A stretch of 40,661 nt of DNA from Octopus sinensis (lineage: Eukaryota), in NCBI RefSeq assembly GCF_006345805.1, contig NW_021835396.1, positions 1 to 40,661 on the forward strand, written 5' to 3'. Below are positions 11,781 to 23,929 of this stretch, piece by piece; within the stretch, counting starts at the first letter, position 1; each line of letters starts with the position of its first letter. The notes beneath the pieces are model-generated. The model searched no databases. It was not told where the DNA came from and saw nothing but the letters and a program-made list of their open reading frames with translations. Made by a program: the position numbers and the translations under genes.

Positions 11781-12479
11781 AAAAATAGAAAAGAATAGTT
11801 CTTCTTGATTATGTTCTTGTTTCAACCATGGTTGCCTCTGCGTAGTTATTTCTGTTATTTTCTTCTTTGTAAAACAGTAAGGAGAGAGGGTTGCTAGAAC
11901 ATTACCCTCTACCCACATTTTCCCCATCCACATCTTTACCATATGGGGCCTTAAAAAAATCCGATAATAGGTACAGATGCAAATCTTTCTGATCACATGT
12001 CTCCTTCTAAAACCAGGCATAACTTTGCGATCGGTCGACTTACAACACCGCTCTTCGTCTTGAGTATACTTGGAAGAGTGTGTTTATTTACTTGACTACA
12101 AGGTCAAGGTAAGATCTGATGGGCTATATGCAAATGAGTTCATTACTGGGGTCAGGAATTCCCGTGGGAAAACAAATTTCGCCGCCGGGACCAGGTGCTA
12201 CTTTAACGTTCCCTCATTACAACTGAAGATTTTATCCCAGAATTATTCAAATAATCCTCCTGTGGATTCTCAAATTTCAAAGATGCTAATCTGGTCATCT
12301 TCAGAGACACGAAGGAAGACGATCATCATCCATACAAACATATTAACATTGTATACTTCCCACATAGATAATATATATATATGGTCAGCCGGCATAATCT
12401 TGTATTTTTCCGCGCAAAATCGTGATATATAGTTAAGTGTAACGGTTTTCTTTATTTTTCATTTTTTTTATTCTCCTTT

Positions 12480-12882
12480 TTCTTCTCTTTTATTCTTTTA
12501 CTCTCTTACTTGTTTCAGTTATTTGACAAGGCCATGCTGGAGCACCGCCTTTAGTCCAGCAAATCGACCCCAGGACTTGTTCTTTGGAAGCCTAGTTCTT
12601 ATTCTATCGGTCTCGTTTGCCGAACCGCTAAGTTACGGGGACGTAAACACACCAGCATTGGTTGTCAAGCGATGTTGGGGGGACAAACACAGACACACAA
12701 ACATATACACACACATACATACTTATATACATATATACGATGGGCTTCTTTCAGTTTCCGTCTACCAACTCCACTCACAAGTCTTTGGTCGGCCCGAGGC
12801 TATAGTAGAAGACACTTGCCCAGGGTGCCACGCAGTGGGAATGGATCCGGAATCATGTGGTTTGTAAGCAAGCTACTTACTC
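12480..12882 (-). mobile_element. SINE family A, near full length
   Basis: Reverse complement of 1693-2116. Confidence 0.85.
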
Positions 12883-13052
12883 CTGTTGTACCTACATTTG
12901 AAAGAACCAGCCTTGTCACACTCTGTGTCAAGCTGAATCTCCTCGAGAATTACGTTAAGGGTACACATGTCTGTGGAGTGCTCAGCAACTTGCAGGTTAA
13001 TTTCACGAGCAGGCTGTTCCGTTGATTGGATCAACCCTCGACGTCGTAATAG
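12883..13052 (+). mobile_element. 3' portion of a SINE (family C-type tail)
   Basis: TTGTACC...CCTTGTCACACTCTGTGTC...GTTAAGGGTACAC...GGCTGTTCCGTTGATTGGATCAACC resembles a recalled octopus SINE tail. There is no second copy in the window to confirm it. Confidence 0.5.
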
Positions 13053-13055
13053 ACA

Positions 13056-13090
<35 letters not shown>

Positions 13091-14084
13091 GTGCTTACAG
13101 TTATCAAGTATCCACCGTGAATTTTTTATATATATACATATATAGATATATACATATATATATATATACATATATAAACATATACATATATATACATATA
13201 TATATATATATACATATACATATACATATATATATATACTATATATATATATGTGTATATACGTACATATACACATATATATATATATATATTATTTATA
13301 TATTATATGTGTATATATATATATATATATATAGATATATATATATATAATATATATATATACATATATATACGTTGGTGTCCCTGTGTTGTTTAGTACA
13401 TGTGTTTTTAAGTTCTTTCTTCAGCTCCGTCGTTTGTATTTTCGTTGATTTTACGTGTTATTTTTGTGTGGTGTTTCCATTTCTTGCTATATAGGTGCTT
13501 TTTATTAAATTTCTTTATGGTTTGTTGGAGCGCTGGAGGTGGGCTTTTTTGTTTGTTTATTTATATATATATGTATTTATTTGTATATTCATCTAATTTT
13601 TCTTCTTTGCACTTGTGTGTGTGTGTGTATATGTACGTAGGTTTATTTTTAAAATGGGCTTATTTGAAAAGGGAATTAAATTGCTGTCCGTTAGTTAAAT
13701 TTCTAGTAGTACTTTAAGACAGACATGTACACATACGCATTTATGCACACATACACACACACAGACACCACACACACACACGCACACACACACACATACA
13801 CACACGAACGCAGGCACGCTGTAAATTTTAATGATGAACACCGCTGGGAAATCATAACAATTAAATTATACAATTGTGTGTTTAATTAAAATGTAATTTA
13901 TATTGACGAAGAGAACATCTAGGTACTTATATATTTCTCTTCTGTCAATCTATCCATCTATTTTTATATTCACATTTGTGTGTATATATATATATGAATG
14001 AATACACACACACACACACGCACGAAAACACACACACGCACACACACACACACACAACCACGCGCGCACTCACATACATATATA

Positions 14085-14501
14085 TTCTTTTATTTTCTTT
14101 CTTGTTTCAATCATATGCCTGCGGACATACTGCAGCACCGCCTTTAATCGAACAAATCGACCCCAGAACTTATTCTTTGTAAGCCTTGTACCTACTTTAT
14201 CGGCCTCTTTGCCGAACCACTAAGTTACGGTGACAGAACTACACCAACATCGGTTGCCAATCGATATTGGGTGGGACAATGACAGGCATAGAAACACATA
14301 CACACACACTCACTCACACACACACACACACACACAGACACATATATATATATATCACACAAAGTAAGTTAGCGATTATGGGTGTAACCCATTAAGGAAT
14401 AGTGTTTATCCAATATACTGTTGGTAAAGTACCCAAATTCGTAATACAGAAATGTTTTTAATTGCAATGCAATTAACTTATATATTGTTTTAAACGAGTA
14501 C

Positions 14502-14565
<64 letters not shown>

Positions 14566-14566
14566 G

Positions 14567-14597
<31 letters not shown>

Positions 14598-14792
14598 ATA
14601 ATATATATATATAATAATAATAATAAGAGTAAATAATTTCTATAATGGTTTTTAAAAAAACCAACAATTATTTTCTGGTAGAATTCGGTATGTAAATATA
14701 GCTGATTAACGGTAGGAACTTCTATAAAGTTCAGTATATATATTGTATATAACAAAAATGGGGCAGGCAACAGGTTGCTTGGCCGCATACCG

Positions 14793-14840
<48 letters not shown>

Positions 14841-15002
14841 ATATATATATATATACGGCAGGCTTTTTAAAGTTTCTGCTTACCAAATCCACTCATAAGG
14901 CTTCTGTGGGGCGAAACTATATTAGAAGAAACTTGGCCAAGGTGCCAGGCAGTGGGATGAAACCCAGAACCATGTGGTTGGGAAGTAAGCTTCTTACCAC
15001 AC
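14085..15002 (-). mobile_element. SINE family A tail half (14085-14340) and head half (14857-15002), possibly one element split by inserted DNA
   Basis: Each half matches 1693-2116; same orientation and correct order. Confidence 0.65.
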
Positions 15003-16156
15003 ATTCGTTTTATATGCCTGTGTGTGTATGATGAAGTGAGTCTGTGTGTGTGAGTGTGTGTGTGTGTGTCTGTGTGTGTGTGTGTGTGTATGTGTGTGAG
15101 TGTACTTATGCGCATGTATGTGTATACTAACTACATATCAAATTAAACATATTCACTCAGACAGAAACGAAAGAATGATTAGACGACGATATTTTCTTGT
15201 AATGCCAAAGTTCATTTAACTTAAACGAAAATAAAAATAAAGATCGGGTTTATGTTTAGTGATCAAGAAATTGTTTCCCCTCAGTCATTAAGGCATTTGT
15301 TCGTTTAAATGAAGCAATTAATTTTTTTAATCAGCTGCTGTAATGAATAAGCTGACTCATTTCTACCGTTCTCATTTGTCTTGCACACTGGTCTTGCGCA
15401 TACGAAGTCAACATTGTTTTTACACCATGAAACCAAGGTGGATCACTATCTCTCTCAATCTCTCTCTTTGTTTATCTCTCTCTATCTATTTATCACTCTC
15501 TGTTTATCTCTCTATATCTCTATCTCACTCTTTCCCCCTTTCTCTCTTTCTCCCACCTTTAATTAACAAAGCACGTGTTTTGTGTTTTCTCACCAATAAA
15601 ACGGGAGAAATGAGTTCAGTCTTTTCTTTATTGATCTAACGACTAATGCGGTCTCTATTGTGTTTGTTTTGGCATTTTAGTTGCAGTAATTGATGCACAA
15701 ACTCTGCTTTCTACAAGTTCAATAAAAATAACCAATATTCTCGTGGGTTTAAATCATTAAATGTTGGGAAACCAATCAAGTTCTTACTTCATTTGTTTGT
15801 GAAAGATTGATTCTGTCTCCTTGTAAAATGTTTCTTCGCTATCCTCACTTTAGACATCATCTATCACTTAGCTTTTATTTGCTTCAGCCCTGAGAATAGG
15901 ACCAGGTTCTGGCGCACCCTTCCAGGGATAATCCAACAAACGTACAGTAAGCTTTTTTTACGTCTACCAGGGAGTGATTGAGATCAAACACAAGCACAAA
16001 GAAGCACACGTATGGATACATGTATAGATACATACTCATATATATATATGTGTATTTTCATTGAAGCTTCTTCACTGTTCTCGTTCTGTTAACGTTTTGG
16101 CGTTCAGACGAGTGTACTGCCATAGATGTGGCAACATTTGAAATTTTGTCTAGGTA

Positions 16157-16229
16157 AATGCAGCTGATGAAGACTAATCAAATCTACATTGTCAAACGTA
16201 TTTGAAGAGTCAGAAACCGGTCCTGCATT
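16157..16229 (+). ncRNA. Type I hammerhead ribozyme motif (family H3) with palindromic minimal stem III
   Basis: AAUGCAG CUGAUGA a GACU...AGUC a GAAAC cg GUC CUGCAUU. Stem I is 7 bp and perfect, and the core is intact. Stem II is extended by UCAAA/UUUGA and UAC/GUA pairs. GUC cleavage triplet, with predicted cut after C16222. Confidence 0.75.
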
Positions 16230-16420
16230 ATCCGATTCTAGGTTTTCCATTTATCAGATGTTCTTTCTAGAGGTAAGACAACTTTTATTCATGTTTGTTG
16301 CACACACGCGTCTTTGCTAGCATATACGCAGTGAAGCTATACAATAGCGTCATATTTATTACGATTGCTTTTTTCCAGTAAATATCGGTGCCTCGTCGTA
16401 CCATTTATTTACTTATATTA

Positions 16421-16451
<31 letters not shown>

Positions 16452-16464
16452 TATATATATATAG

Positions 16465-16523
<59 letters not shown>

Positions 16524-16551
16524 CGTAAATTGCAAATTAAACCCCTGGTTG

Positions 16552-16890
16552 TTGCGAAAGTTTACAATGTCCATGTCAGCACAATCTATCGCCTGTAACA
16601 GCGATACAACAACACTAACAGCACTGCAGACTGCACCCGCAGATGGCGTCCCCGTGTGACCACATGCAGACAGGACTGTTTCATCCACCTGCAACACCTC
16701 CGTGATCGCTTCAGACCGGCTAGCGTTACAGCTCGCGAGATCATTTGCACTGGACAGCGACCCATCACCAACGACGGTACCACGTCGACTGACCGCCAAC
16801 AGCCTGCGTTGCTGTCGTACTGCTCCATGGCCTGTCCTCAGCATCCGCCACCGTCAGGCCCGACTACAGTTGGCTACATTATCTGGAATA
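16552..16890 (+). pseudogene. Tc1-like transposase N-terminal (HTH) fragment
   Basis: VVAKVYNVHVSTIYRL*QRYNNTNSTAD...RPRVTTCRQDCFIHLQHLRDRFRPASVTARE, then after a frameshift TVPRRLTANSLR...PVLSIRHRQARL. This is the typical Tc1 DNA-binding region, with a stop codon and a frameshift. Confidence 0.8.
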
Positions 16891-16912
16891 TTACACCGCC
16901 TAACTTTGTCCT

Positions 16913-17190
16913 ATGGAGGCGCAATAGCCCAGTGGTTAAGGCATCGGACTCGCGCTTTCGATTTCCAGACCGGGCGTTGTGTGTGTTTAGTGAGCGAAGA
17001 CACCTAAAAGCACTACGAGGCCCCGGCAAGGTGAGTTGACCCCTGTTATACTCTATCGCCACAACTTTCTCTCCCTTTTTCTTCCTGAGCAACGCTGCGA
17101 TGGACTGACGTCCCGTCCAGCTGGGAGGAACACATACGACATAGAAACCGGGAAACCAGGTCCTGATCCTGGCTAGGCTTGATAAGGCCG
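16913..17190 (+). mobile_element. tRNA-derived SINE family C
   Basis: ATGGAGGCGCAATAGCCCAGTGGTTAAGGC (A box), TTTCGATTTCCAGACCGGGC (B-box-like). The central CCCTGTTATACTCT..CCAC segment is shared with 27917-27960. Confidence 0.7.
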
Positions 17191-18299
17191 CATAAATAAA
17201 AACATAAGTTTGTCCTAGACAGAGAGCAGCTGGTCCTCACTTTCAGTCTACACTCACAGCAATTATCATCATGTGGATAGGAAGAACATGTAGCGGAGAA
17301 CATCGTAAGATTTGCTAACTTAGTTGAGTCATCTTAATCTTCGTCCCAGCACCGACCTCAGTCTCAAAGTTGCCAGTAATCTACCTGAAATCATCACAAC
17401 CATCTCTTGAGCCAATGATATACTGTGTGGTCTTGAAATCCGATGGCTTATTCTACTTCTTGAAATGCAAGAAATACATGTATGTTTTGAGCATCAGCAT
17501 CAAATTGGCTACATTAAAAGTTTTGGTGTAGATTCAATGATGAAGGCATTTATGCAAGTCGTGGAGTATCTCGGAAACCCAATTACTCACTTCACGCAAA
17601 CATAGCAGAGCATAATCTGTGTAATAAAGGTAGAACCGGGTGAAATGTTTAATCGAGGCAATTTCTTTTGGCACCAATAATCCTATCTGCTGGTACAGCT
17701 TCACTGTAAATTTATAGCTGGATTATATCAATAACGTATCCTCCATGAAATCAAGGCATGCTATGAATACATAAAATATAAAAATGTATGCAAATACAAA
17801 TCCGATTTCAGCCTTAATCTTTCGTTTCATGGGAGACACCTTGAAAGAAATACATATATTAAATTTTATTTAAAATGCACGCTCAGTTTTAAGTACCCGG
17901 AATCGAAAATCAATTATATTCGAGATACGTGTTTTCCTTTCCGGAGTAAGAATTATTGTGGGTTTGGGGTTTTCTAGGAACTTATTTTGCAGATTGTATG
18001 ATGACAAAGTGATTGGCAATGACAAGTGATCGGGTAGTGAGAGGAAGTCGCTTCCCTTTTTCGTTCACGTTACATTGACGTCAGCTCTACCAGTGATACG
18101 ACATTCAGTTTTTGGAAACAGCTGGAAAGAATCTGCCAGTATTCTACTGAAATCATACAGCCAATGCTGTATTCTCTCTGCAATCCGAAATATCAGTGCT
18201 TCGGGATATTTCGTCCATAGTCTACTTGCTTCCGCCTTGGTGAGTTGTTACTGTTGCATCTCATTTTGTTGCAGAGACAAGGCGAGCAATTCTTCGAGA

Positions 18300-18673
18300 T
18301 CTGTTTCTTTATTACCCACAAGGGGCTAAACAAGGACAGACAAACGGATTAAGTCGATTACATCGACCCCAGTGCGTAACTGGTACTTAATTTATCGACC
18401 CCGAAAGGATGAAAGGCAAAGTCGACCTCGGCGGAATTTGAACTCAGAATACATCGGCAGACGAAATACCTATTTCTTTACTACCCACAAGGGGCTAAAC
18501 ACAGAAGGGACAAACAAGGACAGACAAACGGATTAAGTCGATTACATCGACCCCGGAGTGTAACTGGTACTTAATTTATCGACCCCGAAAGAATGAAAGG
18601 CAAAGTCGACCTCGGCGGAATTTGAACTCAGAACGTAACGGCAGACGAAATACGGCTACGCATTTCGCCCGGT
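18300..18673 (-). mobile_element. Tandem dimer of SINE family B
   Basis: Two units joined at GGCAGACGAAATACC|TATTTCTTTACTACC, the same junction as at about 11405 on the plus strand. Confidence 0.85.
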
Positions 18674-19949
18674 AGTTCATCAGGTTTCTTGAAGTTGAAA
18701 AATTATCGCCAGCTTCACGTAGACCAGGAAGATCAATATTACCGATGAATTTAAGAAACTTTCGTCACTCATCTTTCCACCTACTTCTGCTCTCTATGTT
18801 AGGCGTATTTCTCATTACAACGACAATTCTCTGAGTTTGTTTGCATTTTTGCTCCATATAACAGTACAGCAGTTTCACCTGGGGACATTTTGTTTTTACA
18901 GATCTATGTTCTTTTACGCTAACCCATCTCATCATATTTCAGTATTTAAGAAATGGTATTATCTTCCACCACAGAAAATATCAAGAATTAAAATCTAATA
19001 ATATAGAATCTCGGTACAAACGTATTCATTATAGAAATATTCTTATGGGAATGTACACAATTTGCATTTAAATTCAATACTTGGAAACTGATAGAGTACA
19101 TTTACAACTAGATAAACAAAATCTGATCAACCAGTTCCAGACTAAATGTTTCAATTGTTTAGCAATATATATAGGATAACATAGAGAAGAATTCCACTGG
19201 AGCTCATTTTCGTGGTAGTTTAAGGGCCATTTACACTGAGTAGAGAGTGATTTATATGAATCAATACAACTTCCTTTATATGTTACTTTTAACAGATAAA
19301 ATAAAGAAATTGTTATAAATCAGTCAAATTCCATTTACAGTTACATTATATTTCAGGTTTGCGCCCAAATCGTCTCAAGATTTTGTCTGTGGCCAGTTGG
19401 AAAAGTCATACACTGAAATTAAATCGATTTTCATGTAAAGTTATTCTCTAAATTTCAATTTTTCAAATTCACTATTAAAAAGACTCATTGTAATTTTTGT
19501 GCATGTGTGTGTGTGTGTGTGTGTTAAAACTACTAGCTCAGTTTATATTTTAAATCTATATTTAACATTATTATAAGAGACTACATGTAGCTATTTCGTT
19601 TTTCCTTGGGACTGTTTCACTTTTTAGAATGTCCCTTCAATTTGTCAGTCACAGAAATGTTATAAATTTGTATGTGAACATTCAAGCAGTCAACAAAGCT
19701 CAGTCACGGGCTCAAGAATTTTTCGTCACATGATCGAATACGTCATCTGTTAAACATTTTCATCTGTTAAACATTCTGTTAAACATTTTTCGAGAATATG
19801 CAAATAAAAGTTATTTACGCAATAAATAATTCTCAGTCACGTGGTCGAATACTTCATCAATTATTCTGTTAAGCATTTTCGAGAATACGTAACTGAAAGT
19901 TACTTAATAAATAAACAAATATTGGTTTCAAATTTTGACCCAAGCTATT

Positions 19950-20240
19950 TCGAGGGAGTGGGGTAAGTCGGGTACATCGGCCCTAGTACTTATCTGAACA
20001 AAATAATTTGATATTAAATTAATATTTGATATTAAATTAAAAAATATTTTTGTTGTTTTTGTAAAATCTCAGAAAATAATTAAAAATTCACATTTTTTAT
20101 CAAATTATTTTGTTCTCGAACCCGGATAGATAAAAGGTAAATTCCGACTGCGGCGGAATTTGAACTCAGAGTGCAAAGACGGACGAACTGCCGCTAAGCA
20201 TTTTGCTCGGCGTTCTAACGATTCCGAGAGCTCACTTCAT
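19950..20240 (-). mobile_element. Diverged SINE family B interrupted by a 120-bp MITE-like insertion (19996-20115)
   Basis: SINE halves flank an AT-rich insert bounded by the 17-bp inverted repeat GAACAAAATAATTTGAT / ATCAAATTATTTTGTTC. Confidence 0.65.
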
Positions 20241-20459
20241 TAATAAATCAATGAATAAATAAATAAATGAATAAATAAATAAATGAATGTTGAAATAGCT
20301 TTAACTTAGATCAAGTCACTTAAGTGACCCACACCACCCGTATTTTTTATTAAACATTCATAAGAAACACGGAAACAAATATACTCCAAATATATTGAAA
20401 TTACGATGTAACATTTGTCAGAAATATCAATATGTGTGTATGGTGTATGTGTGTGTGCG

Positions 20460-20569
20460 TGTGCATACATACGTACATACACATACATACATATATATAT
20501 ATATATATACATACACACACACATATATGTATGTACGTAAGTACGTATGTATGTATGTATGTATGTATG

Positions 20570-20600
<31 letters not shown>

Positions 20601-20640
20601 GTATGTATGTATGTATGTATGTATGTATGTTGTATGTATG

Positions 20641-20676
<36 letters not shown>

Positions 20677-20782
20677 TGTATGTATGTATGTATGTATGTA
20701 TGTATGTTTGTATGTATATATATGTATATATATGTATGTATGTATGTAAGTATGTATGTATATATGTATGTAAGTATGTATG

Positions 20783-20818
<36 letters not shown>

Positions 20819-20832
20819 TGTATGTATGTATA
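20460..20832. repeat. (TATG)n microsatellite
   Basis: Direct reading; it explains the MYVC/YIHT ORFs. Confidence 0.95.
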
Positions 20833-21193
20833 GAGTAAAATAACTTTGATCGAAAGTTATTGAAATATGAAAGGGAAACGAAAACATTAATGAAATAACT
20901 TTTAAACATTTAGAAGCAAAATCGAAATTAATAAATAGTGAAATAACTTTATGAAAGGCAAAAGGAAAAAAATACATATATGTCATACTTTTAAAACGTT
21001 GAGCATTATAAAATAGTCTTTCCGAAAAACATTAATAATAACTATTGAGAATTATTATAAAATTGTGAAATGTCGTAATACTTTGATTTGCTCTTCGAAA
21101 TTTTATAATTACTGTTAAGCAAAAGTAGAAATTATAATTGATATATATATATATAAAATGCGTACATAACAAAAAAATGCAGTTGAAATTAAA

Positions 21194-21214
21194 ATGGCAG
21201 CCGGAAGTGTCAAA
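21194..21214 (+). CDS. Candidate first coding exon (MAAGSVK) of an unidentified host gene
   Basis: AAAATGG start context, 7 codons, then a consensus donor AAA|GTGAGT. It overlaps YY1-like (AAAATGGC) and ETS-like (CCGGAAGTG) motifs. No downstream exon could be assigned. Confidence 0.4.
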
Positions 21215-21734
21215 GTGAGTTAGATATGGAGTCAAAAAGGAGAGGGGTATAAACACGGTGAATGACAGCTGTAAAGAGTTTGATGTAGACTTGTACCTAA
21301 GAAAGTGTTTCGTTTTTGTGAAATATAAAATATATTGAAATTCAAATGTTTGATATTTTACGATTGTTATAGATTGATTAAAGCATTTGTGTAAATTTTT
21401 GTTACATTAAACTTATGGCTTTGCACTCATAATAATGATATACGTGTTGCATGCACACACGGGCCTCTCCCCCCGCATATAAGTATATTATATGTATGTA
21501 TATATATTATATATATACACATGTATATATGTATATATACACACACATATATATGCGTGTATATATACATTATATACATATATTTATATATATATATGTA
21601 TCTATCTACATATATATATATGTGTGTGTGTATATATATACATATATATATGTATTATATTATATATATTATATATATATATATAATATATATACATGTA
21701 TATATATATATTTGCATATATATATGTATTTATA

Positions 21735-21803
<69 letters not shown>

Positions 21804-22004
21804 ATGTGTGTGTATATATATATATATATACATTGTAAAAACAGCCAAAGATAGAAATAGGTGAGGAGAATGGAATAGTATTTGAGGCATCGAGGCTACG
21901 CTCTTCTTCTACAGAAAGCAATGAGGATAGAAAACATGGAAAGAGTTTTAAAAAAAGGACATGATAAACGTACCTGGATTTATAATTGCACTTGTTATAT
22001 AGAT

Positions 22005-22107
22005 GCATACATACATACACATATACATACATACATACATACATACATACATACATACACATATACATACATACATACGTACATACATACATACATACAT
22101 ACATACA

Positions 22108-22140
<33 letters not shown>
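22005..22140. repeat. (TACA)n microsatellite
   Basis: Direct reading. Confidence 0.95.
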
Positions 22141-22143
<3 letters not shown>

Positions 22144-22149
22144 TATATA

Positions 22150-22202
<53 letters not shown>

Positions 22203-22629
22203 AGAGAGAGAGAGAGAGATTTGGTGTACTGTTTCCTGAATGTAAGATAAAAAAGAGTACTCTCTCTATATATAGTGTACTGTTCTCTGAAGGTAAGATA
22301 AAAAATAATCCATTTGTTGAGAGATAAATACTATTTCATAAACACAATGTATATTTTTATGAGCTATAATTTTCTGTTTTATTCTTCGTTTTCCGGTTTT
22401 ACATCCTTCCCCATTTTACATGTACCTCCTTCTCGCCTTTTCTTGTTTTTAATCTCATCACATCGTTCTGCTTTAAGCTTGTTATGCCATGTGAGCACAG
22501 CCTAAGGATTGCGTGAAGGCACCAGGCGTGTCAAAAATGCGGTCTGACCTTCTTTTTATTGCCTGAAACTAATAGTAGCTCATAAAAATATATATAGTTT
22601 ATATTAGATTATATGTATGTATTTATGTA

Positions 22630-23275
22630 TTTCTTCTAATTTTCAATTATTATGAATCAACACAGATACAAGGTTCCAACTTTGGGATGTTGTTAATACA
22701 GGCAAATCCACAATTAGAATTTGAGAAAATCTTGCATATTTTAACTGTTCCACTCACAGGTTGCACTTGCAATGTACGGATTAGCCAGTCGATTTTCTCT
22801 GTTTGAAAATTCCATTTTATCCAGATTCTCATTTAAGCATTTACTAACAAAACCTAGTGCTCCAATTATTATTGGCATGAATATGAATTAGTTGTCTGGA
22901 TATAGAAGCCTGAGGTTTCGAAGTAGCTGTCCATAGATGTCCCCTTTTTCTTTGATTTTCAAAGATATATTTATATCTGTAGGGCAGCTGACCTCTATGA
23001 TGGTACATATATTTGTCCCTCTGTCCCAAACAACAATATCCTGCCTGTTATGTTTACATATGATAGAAGTTTTAATGAGAATATTCCACCAGTATTCCTT
23101 GAGTTGGTGTTTATGAATGTATTCCATAGCAGAAGGATTTTTAAGGTTTATTTCAGGACAGTCTTTCTTGCGGATGGCATTGTAAATTGTTTTGGCAACA
23201 ACATCGTGCCCCATAGGGAGATAGTACCGTGACGAGATTTTAGAACAGCTGCTAATCACATACGTGACATCTTCC
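22630..23275 (-). mobile_element. 3' end of an RLE-type (R4/NeSL-like) non-LTR retrotransposon, 5'-truncated and decayed
   Basis: EDVTYVISSC (end of the CCHC knuckle), GHDVVAKTIY, YWWN, HNRQDIVVWD (PD..D endonuclease motif), IIEVSCP, KIKEK..YGQL, PIIIGALG, LIRTLQVQ.VSGTVKICK. Contains a stop codon and a frameshift. Confidence 0.85.
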
Positions 23276-23309
23276 AGTATGTATGTATGTATGTATGTAT
23301 GCATGTGTG

Positions 23310-23341
<32 letters not shown>

Positions 23342-23929
23342 AATGTATGTATGTATGTATTTATGTATAAGAGCATGCATAATAGAGCATTACTGTAGCA
23401 AGAAATGATATGTTTCATTTAGCTTTGCGACTTGGAAGTCAACGATAGATGTTGCATTTTCAAGAGGTTCAGGTCTGTCATAGATTGTGAACAACATCTT
23501 CATATTATTTACAAAGGTTACTCAGATTTCAAAATTATTCATTATTTATAATTCCAAATATTACAAAATGACAGCAGCCACTTCTCATGACGACAATAAC
23601 AATTGTCTTGAGTAACCGAAATTTCATAAAAGCCAGGTGAAGCAAAGAAAAAAAAAACGAAAAAGAAAAACTCATATATTCTGAAATATGTTTGCGCTTG
23701 TATGTGTCTGCATAAATATATGAGACCAGAAATTCAGTCTCCGGGGACGTATACGAGAAAAATAAAAAAAAATGAATAGAAATTGAAGGACTATACAATA
23801 TTCCATAGTATGATGTAAGACAAAAAGGACCCAACATGAGCCAAATTCTCCAAAAGGGCACCATTCCAAAATATAAAAGACATCCCAAATCAATGAAAAA
23901 ATACTAACCCAGACCAAACTATATATATA

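Noticed and set aside
12255-12305. Minus-strand CUGAAGA...GAAA motif
   Set aside because: Stem II register and cleavage triplet are not canonical. At best a heavily decayed remnant.
15895-15945. Minus-strand CCAGAACCUGGUCCU resembling the H3 3' half
   Set aside because: The core and stems are too degenerate to support a fold.
18060-18300. Minus-strand frame LEELLALSLQQNEMQQ*QL reminiscent of a gypsy gag N-terminus
   Set aside because: No diagnostic motif, LTR or PBS is visible.
19720-19915. Imperfect direct repeat of about 100 bp with CTGTTAAACATT subrepeats
   Set aside because: Ordinary local duplication with no further structure evident.
21840-22520. Possible exons ([13 protein letters not shown] on +; AVLTWHNKLKAERCDE on -)
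   Set aside because: Weak or ambiguous splice sites, no recognisable homology, and several frames equally plausible.
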